From contig JBMYPC010000106.1 in NCBI GenBank assembly GCA_049599895.1, forward strand, positions 1 to 10,897: 10,897 nucleotides of DNA, given 5' to 3'. This stretch comes from Bacteriovoracaceae bacterium. GTDB lineage: Bacteria; Bdellovibrionota; Bacteriovoracia; Bacteriovoracales; Bacteriovoracaceae. Every line of letters begins with the position of its first letter. Within the stretch, counting starts at the first letter, position 1. The translations under genes were made by a program, and so were the position numbers. This document shows positions 1 through 6,906 of this stretch, piece after piece. The notes below the pieces were generated by a model. That model did no database searches. It was not told the DNA's origin and saw only the letters and a program-made list of their open reading frames with translations.

Positions 1-2
1 AA

Positions 3-143
3 GAAAAAATCCGATTCCAGTACAGTTCTTTCAGAAATAGTCCTAAAGCAATGAGTAATTATCCACATAAGCGTCATGATCTTGACACGAATGCCTATGA
101 AAGATTCCCAAAGGTGAGCTCTGTGCATTCAGCAGAACTCTAG
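3..143 (+). CDS. Probable 3' end of a gene entering the window (unknown product)
   Basis: Frame 3 is open from the window edge to TAG at 141-143 (EKIRFQYSSFRNSPKAMSNYPHKRHDLDTNAYERFPKVSSVHSAEL*) and converges on the 183..386 ORF. An antisense frame starting ATG at 128 is also open to the edge, so the strand is not certain. Confidence 0.4.
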   Translation, partial: EKIRFQYSSFRNSPKAMSNYPHKRHDLDTNAYERFPKVSSVHSAEL

Positions 144-182
144 TCCCTGCGTAGAATGCTTATACTAAAATGTCGTTAGCGC

Positions 183-386
183 TTAACCTTCAGTAGTTAA
201 TACTTCGATATCACCGTGGCTCATCACACTGTAGGCCAGCATGTGTTCCTCTTCGATTTCTCTTAGGTCTGTAATGACACGAAAGCTATTCGCTTCTGTA
301 TCAACATAGATGTAAGGGGAATCTTCTACGGTTGATGAACTAACGTTCAAAGATCGAAAGAAACTATTAAAGATTTCACGGGTCAA
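183..386 (-). CDS. Small acidic hypothetical protein (67 aa from TTG; possibly 72 aa from CTG at 401)
   Basis: ORF track. It has its own upstream sigma70-like promoter, and a GGAG (412-409) lies 7 nt before an in-frame CTG at 401. No recognisable family motif. Confidence 0.6.
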   Translation of the reverse strand: MTREIFNSFFRSLNVSSSTVEDSPYIYVDTEANSFRVITDLREIEEEHMLAYSVMSHGDIEVLTTEG

Positions 387-434
387 GCCTGATTTAAACA
401 GTGCTCATCTCCAATGTGAAGTTAACGTAAACTT

Positions 435-465
435 ATTTTACCACAGAACTACATAGGTGAGTCAA
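435..465 (-). promoter_or_regulatory. Putative sigma70 promoter (extended -10) for the small minus-strand ORF
   Basis: Minus strand reads TTGACT (465-460), a 19-nt spacer ending in TGG, then TAAAAT (440-435), giving a TGnTAAAAT extended -10. The spacer is longer than optimal. Confidence 0.45.
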
Positions 466-1957
466 TGAGACGATATAAAATTTTAACTCGACCTTCAAAG
501 TGGGAATCCAATAGGCAAGTTAAAATGTAGATTAAATAAATCATGTTTCTTTTGTAACGATATCGAGTGATCACTTGAAACAAAAACTCAATGGGAATCA
601 CACTTAAAAAAGCAAATATCCACATTATACCGAATGAATAAATCATAAAAGAATCAGCAAAAAGACAAAATAAAATGACCAAGCCAAGAAGAATGACAAA
701 CTCGCTTAACTTCTCTCTATCAAAATTAAAATTCTTTTTTAACAATAAATTCGGAAAGGCCAGCATCAAAAGAACCAGCAATGCTCCTGGAACACTCAAA
801 ATAAAGAAGGCCTTTCTTGAAATATAATGAAGAAGAACTTTTCCATAGTTTCCATCCACTGAAATTGTAGGAAAGCCTTTTTGGCCAAAATAAAAAACAA
901 CACAAGCGCATAAAAAGCCGAAGGACATATAGCGGAAGGTTTGTCTTGTGTACCATAAGTTTCGTTCATTGCGATTGAAGAAATAAACTAAGAAGAAGCT
1001 TATAATTCCAAAAAAGATATAGTGAACATTCAAAAGGGCGCCATAAAAGCTCACTAAGCCTAAAAATAAGCCGGTTCGATAAGATGAAGACTTGATCACC
1101 CACAAGAATGACCAAATCCAGATTAAAGCATAAGTCGTAATGATGGCATCACCGTAATTTGATGAAAAAATCTTACTTAAAGACCATGAGCTTGTAAGAG
1201 CAAAGACCCCTAACAAGGCAAGCCTTCGCGAAGAAAAGTTTCTTATCAGTCCGTAGAGGAAGACCAGAAATAGCCCTATCCCGACCAAATAAAAATGAAG
1301 AGATGTCGCAATCTTAAAAAGAACTGGATAATTTTTAAAAGGATAGTAATTAACAAAAATAAAGTTCCAATAAAAATCAGAAATACGGCTTAAAGGATCA
1401 AAGAAGAGCTTTAAATTTTCCCAATCATTAATCTTCGGAAATTGCGGGATAGAAACCACAATCATTAAGATTGTCAGTCCCAGCAACGTCTTTTCAAATG
1501 AATCGAGATAAAAGATCTCATTAAAGTTGGAAGAAACCGATTCTTTAATAATCTTCCCTCTCGTTGGCCAGGAATAATAAAGACCCAAGATCGCCCAGGT
1601 CACCCAAAAGGTATTGTAGATCCACTTTGGAGGTAATAAGAAGTAGAGGATATTGAAGTAAATACAGGTAAAAAGCATCCCCATCAAAATTCGATAGGCC
1701 AACCGATCAATGGTGGAGTTCACTTTGAAATAGATTTTTAAGCGATGATCAATTTCTTTTCCGAGTAGGAACCATTGACCGATCATAAAGATCACGTAAA
1801 AAGTCATCAATATAATCTTGAGTCCATTGGAAAGATATAACGTTTTCTGAATCCAAAGAGGAATGAGGAGAAATGAGAAATAGGAGAGAATTCTAATCAG
1901 AAAAAACTTTGACTTCTCTACAACGATACCTGAATTTTTAAATACTGATGAATTCAT
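449..1957 (-). CDS. Polytopic integral membrane protein, possible GT-C-fold (ArnT/PMT-like) glycosyltransferase
   Basis: 502 aa with more than 10 hydrophobic segments. The stretch SRRLALLGVFALTSSW...NYGDAIITTYALIWIWSF...RTGLFLGLVSFYGALLN recalls the TM-loop-Asp-TM pattern of the ArnT/PMT_2 families. The CDS call is secure; the function is tentative. Confidence 0.75.
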   Translation of the reverse strand: MNSSVFKNSGIVVEKSKFFLIRILSYFSFLLIPLWIQKTLYLSNGLKIILMTFYVIFMIGQWFLLGKEIDHRLKIYFKVNSTIDRLAYRILMGMLFTCIYFNILYFLLPPKWIYNTFWVTWAILGLYYSWPTRGKIIKESVSSNFNEIFYLDSFEKTLLGLTILMIVVSIPQFPKINDWENLKLFFDPLSRISDFYWNFIFVNYYPFKNYPVLFKIATSLHFYLVGIGLFLVFLYGLIRNFSSRRLALLGVFALTSSWSLSKIFSSNYGDAIITTYALIWIWSFLWVIKSSSYRTGLFLGLVSFYGALLNVHYIFFGIISFFLVYFFNRNERNLWYTRQTFRYMSFGFLCACVVFYFGQKGFPTISVDGNYGKVLLHYISRKAFFILSVPGALLVLLMLAFPNLLLKKNFNFDREKLSEFVILLGLVILFCLFADSFMIYSFGIMWIFAFLSVIPIEFLFQVITRYRYKRNMIYLIYILTCLLDSHFEGRVKILYRLIDSPM

Positions 1958-2032
1958 AAAACTTTAAAATCTTATCCCTCTTCATATTTGACCACAAGCT
2001 GATTCATGCAATTTCTTCCCTAACTCCTGACT

Positions 2033-2061
2033 TTTGCGCAAGTTGCAAAAAATGCTATTAT
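2033..2061 (+). promoter_or_regulatory. Putative sigma70 promoter for fliD
   Basis: TTGCGC (2034-2039), 16 nt, TATTAT (2056-2061) preceded by TG at 2053-2054 (extended -10 TGcTATTAT). The -35 lies inside an inverted repeat TTTTGC-N7-GCAAAA (2032-2050). Confidence 0.5.
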
Positions 2062-2074
2062 TTTCAGTAGTACC

Positions 2075-2093
2075 CACTCAAATTAGTTGAGTG
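2075..2093 (+). repeat. Perfect 7-bp inverted repeat in the fliD leader (hairpin or operator)
   Basis: CACTCAA-attag-TTGAGTG, between the predicted -10 and the AGGAGG ribosome-binding site (2109-2114). Confidence 0.6.
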
Positions 2094-2118
2094 TAGTAAT
2101 AAAGTTTCAGGAGGAAAC

Positions 2119-3510
2119 TTGTCTATATCCTTTGGCTCGATTCAAACGGGACTCCCCAAAGATATTGTTAAACAGCTTGTTGAAGCTGAAAAAATTCCTT
2201 TAAGAAAAATGGAATCCCGAAAGCAAAAGTTTGGCGAGAAAAAAGCTCTCGTTGAGCAGCTTATGGGCTTAGTAGAAGGCCTTCAAGGAACAATTCTCCA
2301 AAATGGTAACGCAAGATCTTTAAGAGAGCTTTCTTTTAAAGGCAATGACTCTATTGTAGGTGTCGAGCTCGATAAGAACACTGCAAACCCTGGATCTTAT
2401 CAGATCGAAGTTATGCAACTTGCTCAAAAGTCTTCGGCTATGTCATCAGGATTTGAAGACCCTGATGATAGCTATGTCGGAGTTGGTTTTATTCAATTCA
2501 CACTTCCCGATGGCACTTCAAAAGATGTTTACGTCGATTCAGACAATGCTTCACTTAATGGCATCGCGAGACTCATCAATAAAGATACAGAAAATGGAAT
2601 GAGTGCCAATGTGATCAATGATGGAAGTGGCACAGACCGCCCTCACAGACTAATTATAAGCCTTGATAAAACAGGTGATGAGCAACTTGCTGAATTCCCC
2701 TATCTTTATTTTGTCGACGGTGAAGATGACTTTTATCTTGAATTTGAAAGAGAAGCTCAAGACGCCAAAGTGAAACTAGATGGTTTTGAAATTGAACTTC
2801 CTTCCAACAGAACAGCTGATCTTATTAAAGGTGCAACACTTGACTTCAAAAAGGCTGCTCCAGGTGAAGAGTTCACATTAGAAATTACTGAAGACATCGG
2901 AAAAATTGCAGAAAAGATTCAAACTCTTATTGATGGTATCAATGAGGTTTTCAAATTTATTAAAGAACAAAACACACTCGATCAAAACTCTGATACTTCG
3001 AGAACCCTTGGTGGTGATATCACCCTTCAATCATTAGAGGGAAGACTTAGAGCGGCGATCTTTAAAGATGTTCAAACAGACAAAGGATTTATGCGACTCT
3101 CAAATTTAGGGATTCGTTTTCAAAAATCTGGTCTCCTTCAGTTTGATCCTGATAAATTTAAAAATGAAGTTGGTAAAGACTATAATCTTGTCTCTCAAAT
3201 TCTTACCGGAAGGTTTGATGACAATGGCCTAAAAACAGACGGCCTAATCGATAATCTTAGAAGTGTTACTGACCTCGCCCTGCAAAGACCTAACGGACTA
3301 TTACAGTCAAGAAAGAAGACCTTTCAAACAAACATGGATCAAATCGATAAAAGAATTGAAAATAAACAAAGGCTTATCTCACAAAAAGAGAAAAGCTTAA
3401 AAGACCGATTTGCTCGGCTAGAAGGTACTATCTCAAGACTTAAGGCCCAGGGCCAAGGGGTGGCGGCAATTTCTGGCGGGGGTGGGTCAGTGATCCCACA
3501 ATTAGGGTAA
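2119..3510 (+). CDS. fliD: Flagellar filament cap protein FliD (HAP2)
   Basis: TTG start with AGGAGG SD. N-terminus ISFGSIQTGL...IVKQLVEAEKIP, GSYQIEVMQLAQ, AQDAKVKLDG, NLGIRFQKSGLLQFD and C-terminal coiled coil LKDRFARLEGTISRLKAQ are typical of FliD. It is followed by fliS. Confidence 0.96.
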   Translation: MSISFGSIQTGLPKDIVKQLVEAEKIPLRKMESRKQKFGEKKALVEQLMGLVEGLQGTILQNGNARSLRELSFKGNDSIVGVELDKNTANPGSYQIEVMQLAQKSSAMSSGFEDPDDSYVGVGFIQFTLPDGTSKDVYVDSDNASLNGIARLINKDTENGMSANVINDGSGTDRPHRLIISLDKTGDEQLAEFPYLYFVDGEDDFYLEFEREAQDAKVKLDGFEIELPSNRTADLIKGATLDFKKAAPGEEFTLEITEDIGKIAEKIQTLIDGINEVFKFIKEQNTLDQNSDTSRTLGGDITLQSLEGRLRAAIFKDVQTDKGFMRLSNLGIRFQKSGLLQFDPDKFKNEVGKDYNLVSQILTGRFDDNGLKTDGLIDNLRSVTDLALQRPNGLLQSRKKTFQTNMDQIDKRIENKQRLISQKEKSLKDRFARLEGTISRLKAQGQGVAAISGGGGSVIPQLG

Positions 3511-3519
3511 AATAATTTA

Positions 3520-3556
3520 AGAGCAGGAAGCTCTATCGAAAAATGGACTTAAGGAG
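3520..3556 (+). promoter_or_regulatory. Putative CsrA/RsmA-binding leader of fliS
   Basis: Stem-loop AGAGC-AGGAA-GCTCT (3520-3534) carrying CAGGAAG, plus ATGGA (3543-3547) and AAGGAG overlapping the SD (3551-3556). Confidence 0.45.
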
Positions 3557-3562
3557 CCAAAA

Positions 3563-3961
3563 ATGAGTTATGGTCTCGGTGCCTACAAAAAGACATCAAT
3601 TCATACCGCAAGTAAAGAACAGATCCTTTTAATGCTTTATCAAGCAGCCATTAAAAACTGCAAAAAAGCAATGGAAGCAATTGATAAGAAGGATGTGGCA
3701 AAGAAAGGCGAATTCATTGGCAAACTTCAAGACATTATTATTGAACTTAACAACAGTCTCGACTTTGAAGTTGGTGGCGACATTGCAAAAGAATTATCTG
3801 GTCTTTATGACTATATGATTTATTCAAGTACCCAAGCAAACATCAAAATTGATAAGCAGCCACTGGAAAGTACTCTCAGTGTTTTAACAACTCTTTATGA
3901 AGGTTGGAACCAGGCCGTTAAATCAATCAAGACCGCTCCTAATAAAGAAGGTGCGAAATGA
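3563..3961 (+). CDS. fliS: Flagellin export chaperone FliS
   Basis: AYKKTSIHTASKEQILLMLYQAAI, IIIELNNSLDFEVGGDIAKELSGLYDYM and LYEGW match FliS hallmarks. AAGGAG SD; directly downstream of fliD. Confidence 0.97.
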   Translation: MSYGLGAYKKTSIHTASKEQILLMLYQAAIKNCKKAMEAIDKKDVAKKGEFIGKLQDIIIELNNSLDFEVGGDIAKELSGLYDYMIYSSTQANIKIDKQPLESTLSVLTTLYEGWNQAVKSIKTAPNKEGAK

Positions 3962-4365
3962 TTGCAGATCAAATCTTTAACCTTTTAATGTTAACTTCAA
4001 ACTATATGGATTTCACTGAAATCGTAACTCACAACCTGATTATTCTTGCCGAAAGAAAGGAATACGATCAATTGGCAAATGAAGTTGATAATAGAGATCG
4101 ACTAATCAAAGTGATTACAAAACTTGATTCACAACTCTCTTTTCAGCTTGGGAAACTCCCAGCTGAAGAGCTAAAACTATTACAAACAACCCTCCTCGAC
4201 TCTTGGCAAGCCGATCTCGAGAACTGGAAACAAAAGCTCAACTACCTTGATGAAAAGCTGGCTCTTGTTATGCAACTTGCGAAGCAGTCTACTCAAGAAG
4301 AAATCAAAGAGACCTTCGAAAACAAGACTAAACTTGAAGGTTATAATTTGAAAAATTTACGATGA
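3958..4365 (+). CDS. FliT-like flagellar export chaperone
   Basis: ATGA overlap with fliS, in the usual fliT position. All-helical 135 aa with EYDQLANEVDNRDRLI and a terminal ...KLEGY, resembling FliT/FlgN chaperones. Confidence 0.7.
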   Translation: MIADQIFNLLMLTSNYMDFTEIVTHNLIILAERKEYDQLANEVDNRDRLIKVITKLDSQLSFQLGKLPAEELKLLQTTLLDSWQADLENWKQKLNYLDEKLALVMQLAKQSTQEEIKETFENKTKLEGYNLKNLR

Positions 4366-4390
4366 TCATCGCTTGATCACAAAGCATTCA

Positions 4391-4420
4391 TTGACATGAG
4401 AGTACTTCAGGGGGGAAAAT
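4391..4420 (+). promoter_or_regulatory. Putative internal sigma70 promoter for the glycosylation genes
   Basis: Perfect TTGACA (4391-4396), 18 nt, GAAAAT (4415-4420) in the only sizeable gap (92 nt) downstream of fliS. A G6 run (4410-4415) sits at the spacer/-10 junction. Confidence 0.5.
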
Positions 4421-4457
4421 TTAGTTAAGAAGGCCTTTAAATAATTCAGGAAGATCT

Positions 4458-5078
4458 ATGAGCCAAGAAAAACCAAGAATCCTTGTCGAACACTCGAAGT
4501 CTAATCACAAAACAATAAAAGTTAACGGAATCTATATCCACTCAAGATATAACCCCGTCAAAGAAGCAAAGTCATTTGCAACTGCTTCATTTGATGAAAA
4601 TGCAAGTGGCTATCTTGTTCTCGGATCAGGTCTTGGTTATCACATTGACGAGCTTCAAAGTCTTCTTGAAGAAGCAGGTCAAACTCATAAAAGAATTTTT
4701 GTCATTGAGCCAAATGCCGATGTTTTTGAACTTGCTGATACTTATTTTGATTTTACAACTTCAATGAAGAATCGTTTTTATACGGATATTGAATTTGATG
4801 AGTTATTTTTCAACGAAGAATTTGTTTCGTTTCTCGCAATGAAGCCTAAGATTTTAATTCACCCCGCTTCATACAATGCCAACAAAGCTTTTTTTGAATC
4901 GTTCCTTACTTATAAATGTAAAAATTCTTATTCTGAGTATTCGGAATACAGAAGTGCAGCCCCCTGCACGGAAGACCTTAAAAAAGATTTAAAAAATGTA
5001 AGAAAAGATCTTCAAAAACAAACAAAATTAACTAACGACGAACAACTTCTTCTCGCAACATACGAATTTTTAGGGTGA
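4458..5078 (+). CDS. Stand-alone Maf (motility-associated factor) N-terminal-domain protein
   Basis: Motifs YIHSRYNPVKEA, LVLGSGLGYH and FVIEP are characteristic of the degenerate Rossmann/methyltransferase-like N-terminal region of Maf flagellin glycosyltransferases. It is only 206 aa and has no DUF115/MAF_flag10 'GPSL' domain. Confidence 0.8.
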   Translation: MSQEKPRILVEHSKSNHKTIKVNGIYIHSRYNPVKEAKSFATASFDENASGYLVLGSGLGYHIDELQSLLEEAGQTHKRIFVIEPNADVFELADTYFDFTTSMKNRFYTDIEFDELFFNEEFVSFLAMKPKILIHPASYNANKAFFESFLTYKCKNSYSEYSEYRSAAPCTEDLKKDLKNVRKDLQKQTKLTNDEQLLLATYEFLG

Positions 5079-6757
5079 AAGCTATGAAAGATATCTTAAT
5101 CATTAATTTAAAACGTTTCGGTGATATTACGCTTTCAACACGACTCGCTTATAGTCTTGCGGGACAGGGTCATAACGTTCACTTCCTTTGTTTTAAAGAA
5201 TTCTCTGGTATCACAAACATTATGAACCCAAAGATCAATTTTCATTATATTGATCGAAAAAGAATCGAATTCATTTTAAAGTCTCAACTTGTTAATGATC
5301 ACCTCGCAATTGATGAGCTTAAAAAAACAATTAACGAACTCAAAGAATATGATTGGGATGAGATCCACAATCTTTCAAACGACAAAATTGCATCAAGAAT
5401 CATTCCGACAATTATGAGCGAGAACACAAAAGTAAGAGGTGTTCAGTACCGAGATAATGAGCTCATTCATTCAGGTTCATGGGAAATCTATTTTAACAAT
5501 ATCGCAAACGAACTTACGACATATCCTGTTTCACTTCATGAAATATTCTTTAGACTATCGGGACACAAAGACTCCACGGACAGCACTCTTTTTACAAGGA
5601 GTGCTTCTCATGAAGAAACAGTTCTTAAGAACTTTGAAAAGATTAGACAGAAGTTTAGCTCATATGGAAATGACATCCGCCTCATGGGGATAACCCCATT
5701 TAGCTCGAGTCGAGAGAAGGATATCAGTTCCGACGAAGTTGTCAGTACGATTGAAGCTCTCAAGGCCAGAAGTCCCTACATCATTCCGATTCTCATTCAT
5801 GCACCGATACAGGCTGAAAAAAATGCTGTTAAAGAAATTCTTGAGAAGCTAAATAACAATTTGATCACGATTGAATGTGACTTTGCGGCACTTGTAAGCG
5901 TAGTTGAGAACATTGATCTTCTCTTTAGCACAGACTCTTTGTTCGTTCATATGGCAAACGTTCTCAAAACACCAGTTATCTGCGTTTCAAATGGGCCATC
6001 TCCGACTCTCTTTCAAGGGACACTCGGAGCAAGTGATTTAATTCTCTGTCGTGAAGATATTTATGCTAATCACAACACGCGATCTGCAACTGTCGAAGAA
6101 TCGACGAATACGAATTGGGGAGAAGCTTATTCACAGATTATTACTTCCCATGTTCAAAACCCTAGAGAGATAAACTCTGAAGTTTTTGAAGAGCTTGGCA
6201 TTAATGCTGTCATTCCTTCTCACACTCAAGACGGTTTTGTTTCATATAAAAACATTAGCCTCAAGCCAAACCATAAAGATTCACAAATGCTTTATGTTCT
6301 ACAACGAAATTTCTTTTTGAAGATGCTAACCGCAACTCCAATTAACATGAAAGAAATCACAGAAGAGCTAAAAAAGCATGATGGTCTTGAAAGTTTTATA
6401 ACAGAAGAAAAAGAAAAGATTCTTAATGTCACCAAGAAGGTTCTTAATTGTCTTCGAGTGACCAAGGTTCAAGGACAGAATTCTTCTACAATTATTAATC
6501 ATATGTCTGAGATTTTCTCTTTTCTTGATAATAAAAAATCTCTTCTCTACGCACCGATCTGTTATTTCTATGTCGAATGCTCTCAAGCTCCAGCAGTGGC
6601 AACGCAAGAAGAAAAATTAAAGTATTTTGAATTCAAGCTCTTTAATCTCAAGAACAATATTCAAGCATTATTTCAATTCCTTAAGGATATCGAAGTGACG
6701 AGTCTTGATTCGAAGAACCAATCAACTGTTAATCGTCACAGAGAACAGAGGTTTTAA
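5075..6757 (+). CDS. Glycosyltransferase family 9 (heptosyltransferase-like) with long C-terminal helical extension, paralog 1
   Basis: ILIINLKRFGDI N-terminal motif; GITPFSSSREK; IDLLFSTDSLFVHMANVLKTPVICVSNGP matches the GT9 DSGxxHxA...GP motif. GTGA overlap with the upstream gene (alternative ATG at 5084). Confidence 0.85.
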   Translation: MKAMKDILIINLKRFGDITLSTRLAYSLAGQGHNVHFLCFKEFSGITNIMNPKINFHYIDRKRIEFILKSQLVNDHLAIDELKKTINELKEYDWDEIHNLSNDKIASRIIPTIMSENTKVRGVQYRDNELIHSGSWEIYFNNIANELTTYPVSLHEIFFRLSGHKDSTDSTLFTRSASHEETVLKNFEKIRQKFSSYGNDIRLMGITPFSSSREKDISSDEVVSTIEALKARSPYIIPILIHAPIQAEKNAVKEILEKLNNNLITIECDFAALVSVVENIDLLFSTDSLFVHMANVLKTPVICVSNGPSPTLFQGTLGASDLILCREDIYANHNTRSATVEESTNTNWGEAYSQIITSHVQNPREINSEVFEELGINAVIPSHTQDGFVSYKNISLKPNHKDSQMLYVLQRNFFLKMLTATPINMKEITEELKKHDGLESFITEEKEKILNVTKKVLNCLRVTKVQGQNSSTIINHMSEIFSFLDNKKSLLYAPICYFYVECSQAPAVATQEEKLKYFEFKLFNLKNNIQALFQFLKDIEVTSLDSKNQSTVNRHREQRF

Positions 6758-6906
6758 TGAAAGAACTTTTAAGTGATTTAAAAACATACTTAGCCCAAGT
6801 GAACAAAACCCAAGAAGAACTCAAAGACGAGGATCTTCGAAAGATGTTTCTTGCTAGCATTCTCAGAGAATCAAGCGAAGAAATAAAAGCTAGTGAACAA
6901 AAATGA
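6757..6906 (+). CDS. Small helical protein, 49 aa (absent from the ORF track)
   Basis: MKELLSDLKTYLAQVNKTQEELKDEDLRKMFLASILRESSEEIKASEQK*. It exactly fills the gap, with a TAATG overlap at its start, an ATGA overlap at its end and a GAGG SD at 6748-6751. Confidence 0.8.
   Translation: MKELLSDLKTYLAQVNKTQEELKDEDLRKMFLASILRESSEEIKASEQK

Noticed and set aside
2006..2047. Sigma54 promoter candidates around TTGCA motifs on either strand
   Set aside because: The required GG-N10-GC spacing is not met (no GG on the plus strand; 9-nt spacing on the minus strand).
3516..3542. Sigma28-like promoter before fliS (TTTA-N15-ATCGAAAA)
   Set aside because: Only a weak match to TAAA-N15-GCCGATAA in AT-rich DNA; cannot be supported without TSS data.
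5066..5078. Possible -1 frameshift site (A TTT TTA GGG TGA) fusing Maf-N to GT9 paralog 1
   Set aside because: The heptamer does not fit X XXY YYZ and no stimulatory structure is evident. The GTGA overlap is adequately explained by translational coupling.
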